A stretch of 64,000 bases of DNA, taken from positions 160,001 to 224,000 of the forward strand of contig JBBIRS010000003.1 in NCBI GenBank assembly GCA_037441675.1, given 5' to 3'. The stretch is from Planctomycetales bacterium (lineage in GTDB: Bacteria; 4484-113). The notes below the pieces were generated by a model. The model did no database searches. It was not told the origin of the DNA and saw only the letters and a list, made by a program, of their open reading frames with translations. The translations under genes and the position numbers were made by a program. Of this stretch, positions 29,266 through 38,783 are shown piece by piece (the first letter of the stretch is position 1; each line of letters opens with the position of its first letter).

Positions 29266-30858
29266 CTATACTTTCTTAAGTTGAGGGAATAACATAACTT
29301 CACGGATACTTGATTGACCTGTGAGTAGCATAATGAGCCTATCAATTCCGATGCCCAGCCCGCCGGTTGGTGGCATTCCTATTTCCAAAGCTCGCAGGAA
29401 ATCTTCATCAAGCTCACGATAACCCTCAACCGCATGTGCTATTTGCTCCTGCATTCTAAAGCGCTGGTCAATGGGGTCATTCAACTCTGAAAACGCATTC
29501 GCTATTTCCATACCGTCAATATACAACTCAAAACGATAGGTAAAAAGAGGACGTTCGGGAATACGCTTGGCAAGTGGAGATAACGCAATTGGATAATTGA
29601 TGACAAAAATAGGTTGAAGAAGGTTTGGTTCTACCGCCTCTTTCCAGAGCTCATCCAGTAATTTTTCGTAAGGGTGAGCGTCGTTGAATTCTATGTTCAA
29701 TTCCTTCAGCTTCTTAATAACTGAGATTTTATCAGGGATTTCTTCTAGCCTTACATTCGTGTATTTGAGCAGTAAATCATCAAATTCCACTTTTGGGTAG
29801 GGCGGAGTTAGGTCAATTTTGTACTGAGGGATGAGTTCTTCACCTGATTCTTCAACCTTATCAATCGCAGGCTTGGATTGGGAGATGTCCATTTCGCTTT
29901 CTTTGGTATCGCTCATCTTCGCAGATTCTTTCTCTAAGACAAAAGTTTCTAAGCAGGTTTGGCATATGTGGGAGATTAACTCTTCCACTAGTTTCATAAT
30001 GTCTGTATAGTCCACATATGCCCAATAAAGCTCAAGCATCGTAAATTCAGGATTATGCTTAGTGGACAAGCCCTCATTTCTGAAAACTCTACCAATTTCA
30101 TAGACCTTCTCGTATCCACCCACTATCAATCGCTTATGCCGAAGTTCAGTTGCAATTCTCAGATAGAAGTCAGTGTCAAGTGCATCATAGTAGGTGATGA
30201 ATGGATTAGCGGTTGCACCACCTGCGATTGGCTCTAGGATATTTGTTTCTACTTCCATAAAACCTCTTGAATCGAAAAAACGTCTCATCTCTACAATTAT
30301 TTTGGAGCGAAGACGAAATCTCTTCCTAACGGTTTCATTCATAATTAGGTCAAGGTATCTGTATCGGTAGCGCAACTCAATATCCTTGAGGCCGTGCCAT
30401 TTCTCCGGTAATGGTTCTAAGCTTTTGGTCAAAAGGACAAAGTAATTAAGCTTGATAGTTTTTTCTCCCGTTTTGGTTAGAAAAGGCTCTCCACTTACCC
30501 CAATTATGTCACCTAGATCTAGGTCCTTTATCAGCTTAAAGTTATCTTCCCCTAGACTATCAATATTGGCGAAAATCTGTATTTTCCCAGTTTCATCTAG
30601 AATGTTTGCAAAAACAGCTTTGCCATGCTGGCGCAATGCAACAATTCTTCCCGCGGTGGAAATTGTCTTGCCCGATAGCTCTTGGAAGGATGACAAAATC
30701 TCTCCTATTCTGTGTGTGCGGTCGAATCTAACGTTCATAAACGGGTCTTTTCCCGATTCTTTCAGTTTTCTTAGCTTGTATTTGCGCACACCTGAGTAAT
30801 CCTCCGGCGCTGGAAGCTCCTTTGGCATCATTTCTTCTTCAAATGGCAGTAGCGTCAT
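29266..30858 (-). CDS. lysS: Lysine--tRNA ligase (class II)
   Basis: RYRYRYLDL, YLRIATEL, FRNEG..HNPEFT, ANAFSELNDP, GLGIGIDRL. Confidence 0.97.
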   Translation of the reverse strand: MTLLPFEEEMMPKELPAPEDYSGVRKYKLRKLKESGKDPFMNVRFDRTHRIGEILSSFQELSGKTISTAGRIVALRQHGKAVFANILDETGKIQIFANIDSLGEDNFKLIKDLDLGDIIGVSGEPFLTKTGEKTIKLNYFVLLTKSLEPLPEKWHGLKDIELRYRYRYLDLIMNETVRKRFRLRSKIIVEMRRFFDSRGFMEVETNILEPIAGGATANPFITYYDALDTDFYLRIATELRHKRLIVGGYEKVYEIGRVFRNEGLSTKHNPEFTMLELYWAYVDYTDIMKLVEELISHICQTCLETFVLEKESAKMSDTKESEMDISQSKPAIDKVEESGEELIPQYKIDLTPPYPKVEFDDLLLKYTNVRLEEIPDKISVIKKLKELNIEFNDAHPYEKLLDELWKEAVEPNLLQPIFVINYPIALSPLAKRIPERPLFTYRFELYIDGMEIANAFSELNDPIDQRFRMQEQIAHAVEGYRELDEDFLRALEIGMPPTGGLGIGIDRLIMLLTGQSSIREVMLFPQLKKV

Positions 30859-31049
30859 TTTTCTTCTCCTAGATATGTTTGTGAGTGAGACGTTATAACA
30901 TACGTTACTTCTCGCATCTTATGCGATCTATATGTGAGTTCATTATTATAGTGGCAATATAGCGACTAATGCCTTTGTTTCTGATTATAAAATATTAGTG
31001 CAAAGAAATTGGTGGAGGGGCAATCAAAAACTCACCGTGGGGCATCTTC

Positions 31050-31850
31050 TCAAAGAACCTGATCAGCAATGTTGATGCGAATGGTTTTTCCTGAATCATC
31101 AACGCATATCAACTTGCCGGTAAGTTGATCCAAGTATTGCACGATTACTTCTATAGCTTTGTTATTAACGAGCACTTTTTGCCTCTTGCCCAATTGGCAA
31201 CACCTATTTATCCATTCTTGAAGTAGGGCAGGTTCATCTTCTCCGCCACTATAAAAGTAGTTTAGCAAGTCCTTTGATATTTGATAAATGATTGAAGCCC
31301 TATCAATTTCGTGGCGTAAAAGCTCTCTTAGGCTAACCACTTTGGCGCTAAGCTCCTTTGGGTACTCAAAACTGGTGGAGTTAGCGTTTATTCCTATACC
31401 TGTAATTAAACACTGGCGCAAGTTTAGAATGAGAATTCCGCAGAGCTTTCTATTGCCCACGTATAGATCGTTTGGCCACTTAGTTTCAACTGCTATTCCG
31501 CAGGCTTTCTGTATTGCTCTAGCGATAATAGAGGCACATACTATCGGATATCTGGCAGTTATAGATACGCCAAACTCTACTACTCGAATACCAAGAGAAA
31601 ATGTTATATCCTTGCCGGGAATGCTTATCCAGGAACGACCAAGTCTTCCCCTGCCTCGTGTTTGGGCATTTGTAACAGCGATTATCGCCTTTGGAGGATG
31701 AGGTTTAAGAGCCTCCTGTTGGACTAGTTCATTAGTGGAAAGACAGCTTTCACGGTAAACAAATACTGCCTTGTACTTAGACGACGTTAAGTTAAAAAGA
31801 GCCCTTTTTAGTGAAGTTTCATAGTTTAAAGCTATTACTTTTTCATCCAT
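31050..31850 (-). CDS. birA: Biotin--protein ligase (no N-terminal HTH)
   Basis: STN, QTRGRGRLGRSW, KWPND, KLCGIL, GIGIN. Confidence 0.93.
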   Translation of the reverse strand: MDEKVIALNYETSLKRALFNLTSSKYKAVFVYRESCLSTNELVQQEALKPHPPKAIIAVTNAQTRGRGRLGRSWISIPGKDITFSLGIRVVEFGVSITARYPIVCASIIARAIQKACGIAVETKWPNDLYVGNRKLCGILILNLRQCLITGIGINANSTSFEYPKELSAKVVSLRELLRHEIDRASIIYQISKDLLNYFYSGGEDEPALLQEWINRCCQLGKRQKVLVNNKAIEVIVQYLDQLTGKLICVDDSGKTIRINIADQVL

Positions 31851-31908
31851 TTAAGCTTTTCTTTGACTCAAGTATGATTTTTTGTGGTATAATCTTGAGA
31901 CAAAGTAT

Positions 31909-32709
31909 ATGCAACGCAAATTAATTAGCTATGTAAATATCACTATTATTATAACTTCACTAATAGCTATTCTGGGAAGTTCTTCAGAGGCAGAGGTTGT
32001 CGTTGGTCCCGTAATTGAGGAGGAACTTGAGAAGGGTGATAGCTCTGGCAGTAAAGAATTAGGGTTAAGGAGAATTATGGATGAAGCGTCCACCAAGTTT
32101 TTTTCCAAACTTGGCATTAGAATTCTTCCAAAGGAGGGGGTCAATCCAAGTCCCGAGATTGCACGTAAAAGGGTACAGCAAATGATTGAGGCTGGAGTAA
32201 CTAGCGAAACGGAGGTTTACGAATCGATCCGCCACTCAGAAAGTGTGAGCATAAGTTCTCTCTTGGTTGACCTTTCTCGTCAACGTTTGTATTTGCTAAA
32301 TCCTGAGGGAAAAATACTGCATGAATTTCCCGTTTCCACTGGTGTTAGAGGCTATGATACTCCGCCGGGGAAATATAAAATAGTGAATAAAGCGCCATAC
32401 GCCTACTCAAAGAAGTATGGTGCTGATATGTATCAGTGGATGGGGATAACAGCCAACGGGGATTATGGCTTACACTCACTGAAAGGCTCATCTTATGAGA
32501 GACTTTTAGGAAGGCGCGCAAGTCACGGTTGTATCAGGCTTAGTCGAAAGGACGCTAAGCTGCTTTATCCACTTATTTCCATTGGAACGCCCGTGGAGAT
32601 TATGAATAGGGTGGAGAAGCTGGTTTACTTTGAATCGGTGACAGATGAAGATTTGCGGGCGCTGGTTAGAGAGGCTATTCAAGGAACTCCACCACAGACA
32701 TTTTTTTAA
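31909..32709 (+). CDS. L,D-transpeptidase (YkuD family), secreted
   Basis: Signal peptide, VSTG..TPPG, YGLHS...ASHGCIRL. Confidence 0.9.
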   Translation: MQRKLISYVNITIIITSLIAILGSSSEAEVVVGPVIEEELEKGDSSGSKELGLRRIMDEASTKFFSKLGIRILPKEGVNPSPEIARKRVQQMIEAGVTSETEVYESIRHSESVSISSLLVDLSRQRLYLLNPEGKILHEFPVSTGVRGYDTPPGKYKIVNKAPYAYSKKYGADMYQWMGITANGDYGLHSLKGSSYERLLGRRASHGCIRLSRKDAKLLYPLISIGTPVEIMNRVEKLVYFESVTDEDLRALVREAIQGTPPQTFF

Positions 32710-32880
32710 TCTTCAGCTTCTAATTAGTCCTAACTAGCAAAAAGTGTTAAGTGAATTTTTTGCTCTAATTGCGTCCAGAGTTTGAGGTTAGCCATTAACC
32801 GAAATTGCCTTAAGAGAGGTTTTTCATTCACTAGCAAAGGGGAATTTACCCTACTTCCTCGCTTTATGGAGTTATTTTTA

Positions 32881-35523
32881 TTATGGTGCTAGCTTAAGAA
32901 TTGTTCCGTCAATATGACTGCACAGGTATAATTCGCCAGATTCATCCTCGCCAAAGCTACTAATAAAGTAAGGCGTATCAATGAGAAGGGAGTTCTCGTA
33001 ATGGAACTCATCCCTCTCCCTTAACCCCCATATTCTGCCGGTGCAGTAGTCACCATAAATATAAGTTCCAGCTAGTTCAGAAATTGTGTTTCCCCTATAA
33101 ACATAGCCACCTGTGATGGAGCAATCTCCCGAGGCGTGAGAGTACTCAGAGATGGGCATAGCGAGACCCGATGGGACACCAGTAGGTGCCTCAAATATAT
33201 GAAGCCCTTCCAGAAAGTCCCAACCGTAATTTTCGCCACCTGAGCTATCTGCAGGCTCAAGATTTATCTCCTCCCACTGATTTTGCCCAACGTCGCCAAT
33301 CCAAAGATCACCTGTATCTCTGTCAAAGCTGAATCGCCACGGATTTCTAAGTCCATACGCCCATATTTCTGCTCTTGCATTTGGCACTCCAACAAAAGGA
33401 TTATCCGCAGGAATGCCATATGGGTCTAGAGAGTTGACATCAATCCGCAGTATCTTTCCAAATAAATTGTCAACTCGTTCCGCGTTATCAAGTGGATCTC
33501 CTCCTCCACCGCCATCACCTGTCGCTATGTAAAGGTATCCCTCTTGCCCGAAAGAAAGCATTCCGCCATTGTGATTGCTGAATGGTTGGTCAAGGGTCAA
33601 TAAGACTCTCTCTTAATCTGGGTCTGCACGGTCTTTATTTCCACTTACCAAAAACTCTGAGACAACAGTATCTCCAAGTAAATCTGTATAATTGACGAAG
33701 AATTTTCCATTTATTGAGTATTCAGGGTGAAATGCTAATCCGAGCAGTCCCTGTTCACTTCCGGCTGAGCCAACACGGTCGGTAATATTAAGAAATGGAG
33801 TTGGAAGTAATATTCCATCCTTGATAAGTCTTATTGTCCCACGTTGTTCCAGGACAAACAGCCTTCCCGAACCATCTCGGGAATGGATTATGTAGGTAGG
33901 CTTTTGTAATCCTGAAGCAACTATTTGGAAATTGATACTTGCCCAGGGACTAACGGTTTCAGGTGGTGAAATTGTTATATCAAAATTCTTGCTATCAGTG
34001 CCTGCAGAATTGCTAACCTCTAATGATATGGTGTAGGTGCTAGGAGATGAGAGGCGAACGCGAGGATTTTCCGCGGTGCTAGTTGATGGATTACCCGCGT
34101 CTCCAAAATTCCAGAGGAAGGTGAAGGGCGGTGTTCCGTTAACCTGAGCCATAAATGTGACGGTTATACCCCTTGTTGCATCTGTGGGCGTGATGGAAAT
34201 TATTTGAGGCGGGACCATCCACGGATTGACCGTTAAAGTGAAGATGTAAGTTGTTGAGCCAACACTGTTAGTTGCAGTTACCTGCGCCTGATGAACACCA
34301 GGAGTTGTAAGAAGCACATCCACAGTAGTCTCTTGAGTTTCAATAATATTAGGTGTTGCACCACCTCCGAAATCCCAACTATAGGTTATCGGTTGAGTTC
34401 CTGTTGCATCAACTGTGAATTGAACCTGCGTTTGCTCAACGCCACTTGTTGGAGTAACGGAGTTGATGACTGGAGGTTCACCTAGGGGAAGAACTCTTAG
34501 ATCAAACTGGAAAGAGTCTGAACCGAAGCTGTTGGACGCGATAACAGTAACACGATAAGTGTTCGGTGAAGAGAGTATGATAGTTGGAGTTTCCTCAGTG
34601 CTAGTGTTGGGCGTGCCAGCATTACCAAAATCCCAAGTGAAATTGATGGGACGAGTGCCTGAGACTACAGGCGTAAAAGTCACCTCCTCGCCGGTTATGC
34701 CCTGTGTGGGTGTAACTGAGGGAATGTTCGGGCTCCTAAAAGGTGAGGGAAGGTTGACTGGGAAGGAGGGAACTCCAGCATTACTTGCACTATCCATTGG
34801 CACTACGCGCGCTAAATCCGGAAGAGGGTCTTCCTGAGTCTGAAGGTAAGATTTTACGTAAGTATCCCTTCCAGTGATAATTTGCCTTTCCGAAAAGGGG
34901 ATAATTGCAACCGCTTCCCAGCTAACTCCGCCATCATAGGAAAATTCAAGACGATAATTTGCGAGCTCTGCGAAGAAATTCTGAGCTAATGAACTGACTT
35001 CCTGAATGTTAACTATGCCATCTCCATTGTAGTCTGCGACTTCTGCTTCCCTGTCCGAAGAGGAGGTCTTAAAAAAGTAAGTAGCAAGGGGAAGAATATC
35101 TTGAATATCAACCCTACCATCCTCGTTGCCATCACCTTGATTGCGATAAGACCATGTGAATTGCCAGCCTGAAGTTTCTGTGAAAACTGAAATATCATCC
35201 ACGACGCTCATTGCCCCACTTGGCGGTTTTAAGGCTATGCGCCCTTTATCCGCTATCACCTTTGAAAGCTCTGAAACTAGATTTCTCTTTAGATTGCTTA
35301 GAAGAGCATTATCAATTCCCTCAGGTGCGTTTAATCTGTAGAGTTCCGCTGTTAGAGCCTCTAAACTGATGCTAGCTTTTCCCAATTCTGCTTTTTTTGG
35401 AAATTCTTCAAAGCTCGAAACCCCTCTACTACTACAGGAAGCAAGATAGGCAGTTAACAATATTAAAATAACGCAAAATATTCCAACTATTAGCGAATGT
35501 TGATATGTTTTCATTTGTAACAT
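32881..35523 (-). pseudogene. Lipoprotein: dockerin-like domain + 3 PKD + PQQ-dependent glucose/sorbosone dehydrogenase; in-frame TAA at 33613-33615
   Basis: LASC lipobox, two Dx(D/N)xDG loops, three WDFG-type PKD repeats, EQGLLGLAFHP, NHNGG, YGLRNPWR; both ORFs share one frame (ADPD*ERVLL). Confidence 0.85.
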
Positions 35524-35709
35524 TTTTGCAGTGAGATTCTAGTTATCATAAAAATAAAATAGTTGAAAGACAAACTCGGTCTCAATATTATACCCTCAAT
35601 TTTCGTTGCATTTATCCTTTCGTAAGATTTGAGGAGATGTTTCAGCTAGTGAATGCTTGAATCTTGCGCTGTAATAATTGCAGTGAATTAGAAGAGAATG
35701 TTTTCTAGC

Positions 35710-36162
35710 TCACTTTGCTTGTAATGTTTTATCTCTTTCTGCTACGAGGGTGCGGATTGTTTCCACGATTGTATCAAGTGGTGTTCCCGGACCCATCACT
35801 GCTTTAACACCGGCTTTTTGCAGGAATGGAATATCATCCTCTGGGATAATTCCGCCGGCGATAACAATAACGTCTTCCGCGCCGCGTTCTTTAAGTATCT
35901 GGCACAAACGAGGGATAAGAGCATTATGGGCTCCAGATAGAATAGAAAGCGCGCATACGTCCGCATCCTCATGAATGCAGGCGGTAGCGATGCTCTCTGG
36001 GGTTTGATGTATCCCAGTGTAGATAACCTCCATGCCCGCGTCCCGAAGGGCACGCGCGATAACACGTGCTCCGCGATCATGTCCATCTAGCCCAGGTTTA
36101 GCTACAACCACGCGAATAATTTTTGCCGTTGAGCTTCCCATCTCAAAATGGTTCTTCATCAC
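35710..36162 (-). CDS. icmB: Acyl-CoA mutase small (B12-binding) subunit
   Basis: [10 protein letters not shown] cobalamin-binding motif, SILSGAH, GGIIP. Confidence 0.85.
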   Translation of the reverse strand: MMKNHFEMGSSTAKIIRVVVAKPGLDGHDRGARVIARALRDAGMEVIYTGIHQTPESIATACIHEDADVCALSILSGAHNALIPRLCQILKERGAEDVIVIAGGIIPEDDIPFLQKAGVKAVMGPGTPLDTIVETIRTLVAERDKTLQAK

Positions 36163-36417
36163 TTGATGCGATATTATCTAATTATATCAAACGTAATACA
36201 AACTTTATCTCAAAGGGAAGATTTACCAATTGAATAAGGGATACGGAATTAGAAATCAAAGGGCAAACTGCCTTCAATTTAGTATCTTCGCTCGTAAAAG
36301 TCATCAAATCATAAATACCGAAAATAAAGCGGTTCAAGTAGTTTGTCTAGAAATAATCTCGGAGAAAGTTATCAAGAGCTACTTAAACATTCGGCTAGTG
36401 ATAAGGGTCGCTAAATC

Positions 36418-36561
36418 TCACTTTGGAGAATGAGTGGCAAAAATAGTGCAGTAGAGGAATTTCGCAAGGTAAGCCAAAATTGCAGTGGCTAAAGTTGTGA
36501 GGAGGATGGTTAACAGGAGGTTGGAGCGGAGCAATCCAGAATTCATATTTTTAAGGCTCAT
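36418..36561 (-). CDS. Small single-TM protein (47 aa), below the ORF-track cutoff
   Basis: AGGAGGT SD, then MSLKNMNSGLLRSNLLLTILLTTLATAILAYLAKFLYCTIFATHSPK*. Confidence 0.55.
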   Translation of the reverse strand: MSLKNMNSGLLRSNLLLTILLTTLATAILAYLAKFLYCTIFATHSPK

Positions 36562-36692
36562 CGCCTTTACCTCCTAAAATTTATTTTTCAATATATACTA
36601 CCCAAAATAGTAGATAATTAGCGTAGGGGATGGAATTTGCAGACGCTTTAATGCAAAGAATTAGCGAGAAAACTAGCGTTTAAGCTACTTTT

Positions 36693-38399
36693 TCACACCA
36701 ATGCGGGGTCTTGATAGACGCCCCAGACCTCGCGGAAGATGTCACAGATTTCCTGAAGCGTGCATTCCGCCCGTGCGCATTCCACTATTTTCTCCATCGT
36801 GTTTTCACTCTCGTTCTTGCAAACACGCCTAAGCTCATCAAGCGCTCGCCCAATCTTGTTCATGTCCCTTTGTCTCTTCCAAGCCCTGTGATTTTCAACC
36901 TGCCTATCCTCCGTCTCCTGCGGAATTTTTAGAATCTCAATTGGCAGTTCTTCATCGGTTACAAACGCATTCACGCCAACGATTATGTGCTTTCCCTCTT
37001 CCACCCGTTTTTGATATTCATACGCGCTCTTGGCAATTTCAAGTTGAAAGAATCCCTTCTCAATTCCTTGAATTACTCCGCCAATCTCGTCAATCTTCCT
37101 GAAGTACTCCTCCGCGCCTTCTTCCATCTGCTTTGTTAGAGCTTCGACGAAGTAAGAACCGCCAAGAGGATCAATTGTGTTCGCTACGCCTGTTTCGTAG
37201 GCGATAATTTGCTGAGTTCTGAGGGAAATTTCTGCGGCTTTCTCCGTTGGGAGGGCAAGCACTTCATCCATTGAATTTACATGTAGGCTTTGCGTTCCGC
37301 CTAGAACTGCAGCAAGCGCCTCTGTTGTGCTTCGGATGATGTTGTTATAGGGCTGTTGAGCGGTAAGTGACACACCGGCGGTCTGCGTGTGGAACCTTAA
37401 GAGCCAACTACGCTCGTTCTTAGCCTTGTAAACGTCCCGCATATGCCTAGCCCAGATTCTCCTCGCGGCGCGATACTTGGCTATCTCCTCAAAGAAGTCT
37501 ATGTGGCTATTAAAGAAGAAGCTGAAGCGGGGTGCAAAGGCGTCCACGTCCATCCCGCGCTCAATGCAAGCCTCAACATAGGTCATTCCGTTCTTTAGCG
37601 TGAACGCAAGCTCCTGGAGGGCTGTTGAGCCTGCCTCTCGGATGTGGTAACCGCTGATGCTTATTGTATTCCACTTTGGCAGATGCCTGGTGCAGTATTC
37701 AACTTTGTCCACGATTAAGCGGAGATGATGTTGTGGCGTGGTTATCCATTCCTTTTGCGCCTGAAATTCTTTCAGCATATCGGTTTGAGTGGTTCCGCCA
37801 AGCTTTTCTAGAGGTATTCCTTTTCTCTCAGCGGCTACAATATAAAAAGCAAGTATAGCGCTTGCTGGAGCGTTTATCGTCATTGATGTTGTTATATCTG
37901 CAAGGTTAATACCATCAAAGAGAACCTCCATATCACGTACGCTGGAAACTGAAACTCCGCATCTTCCAACTTCCCCATAGGAAAATGACGCATCACAATC
38001 ATAGCCATACAGAGTTGGTAGATCAAAGGCAACTGAAAGACCTGTCTGTCCTTGGGAAATTAGAAATTTGTATCGCTCATTGGTTTCCTCAGGGGTTCCG
38101 TAACCTGAAAATTGCCTAAAAGTCCATAGCCTACCGCGATACATAGTGTCGTGGATACCCCGCGTGAATGGAAACTTACCAGGAACGCCTATGTCTTTGT
38201 CATAGTCTATTTGCTTAACATCCTCAGGTGTATACAGCGCCTTAATTGGTACGCCTGAGACGGTAGTCGGGTGCGTTACTATAGATGGAGCTTTCACGCG
38301 TGGATAATGCAAAACGACTCTTGATGAACTTGTTGAGTGGTTTGTGGTAGTTTTTTTATTTGTTGCGTTTTGTTCTCTTTGCTTTGTAAGTCTCATCAC
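36693..38399 (-). CDS. icmA: Acyl-CoA mutase large subunit, isobutyryl-CoA mutase type
   Basis: [39 protein letters not shown]; no fused B12 domain. Confidence 0.85.
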   Translation of the reverse strand: MMRLTKQREQNATNKKTTTNHSTSSSRVVLHYPRVKAPSIVTHPTTVSGVPIKALYTPEDVKQIDYDKDIGVPGKFPFTRGIHDTMYRGRLWTFRQFSGYGTPEETNERYKFLISQGQTGLSVAFDLPTLYGYDCDASFSYGEVGRCGVSVSSVRDMEVLFDGINLADITTSMTINAPASAILAFYIVAAERKGIPLEKLGGTTQTDMLKEFQAQKEWITTPQHHLRLIVDKVEYCTRHLPKWNTISISGYHIREAGSTALQELAFTLKNGMTYVEACIERGMDVDAFAPRFSFFFNSHIDFFEEIAKYRAARRIWARHMRDVYKAKNERSWLLRFHTQTAGVSLTAQQPYNNIIRSTTEALAAVLGGTQSLHVNSMDEVLALPTEKAAEISLRTQQIIAYETGVANTIDPLGGSYFVEALTKQMEEGAEEYFRKIDEIGGVIQGIEKGFFQLEIAKSAYEYQKRVEEGKHIIVGVNAFVTDEELPIEILKIPQETEDRQVENHRAWKRQRDMNKIGRALDELRRVCKNESENTMEKIVECARAECTLQEICDIFREVWGVYQDPALV

Positions 38400-38783
38400 G
38401 ATACGCCTCCTATAGGCAAAAGAGGGCTATACTTTCGCAATTTTAATTCTAGCATAGGTAAACATGAACAGTTAAGGCAACTCGCTCTCAAAATTGAGGA
38501 GATGAATTGGGCTTGGCGAAATAGTACTTTGAGCACTGTAATTTTTATATCAAGATTGTATCATTTATTATCTAAGTTACCCCATTTATTCAAAATACCT
38601 GATGGTATAATATTTAACTAGTTTTATTCTCATATACTTAAGTGAAAGGAGGTAATGCCTTGTTAGGAAAAGGGAGTAGTATTTCTGGAGAAAAGAAAGC
38701 GGATGCTTCTCACTTAAGACTTAGCAGAAAGAAATTTTTCCTATCTCTATCCTAATGATATAAGTAAGGAGGATGTGCTTCAA

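Noticed and set aside
36163..38780. Cobalamin riboswitch near the mutase genes
   Set aside because: No recognisable B12-box elements in the intergenic stretches.
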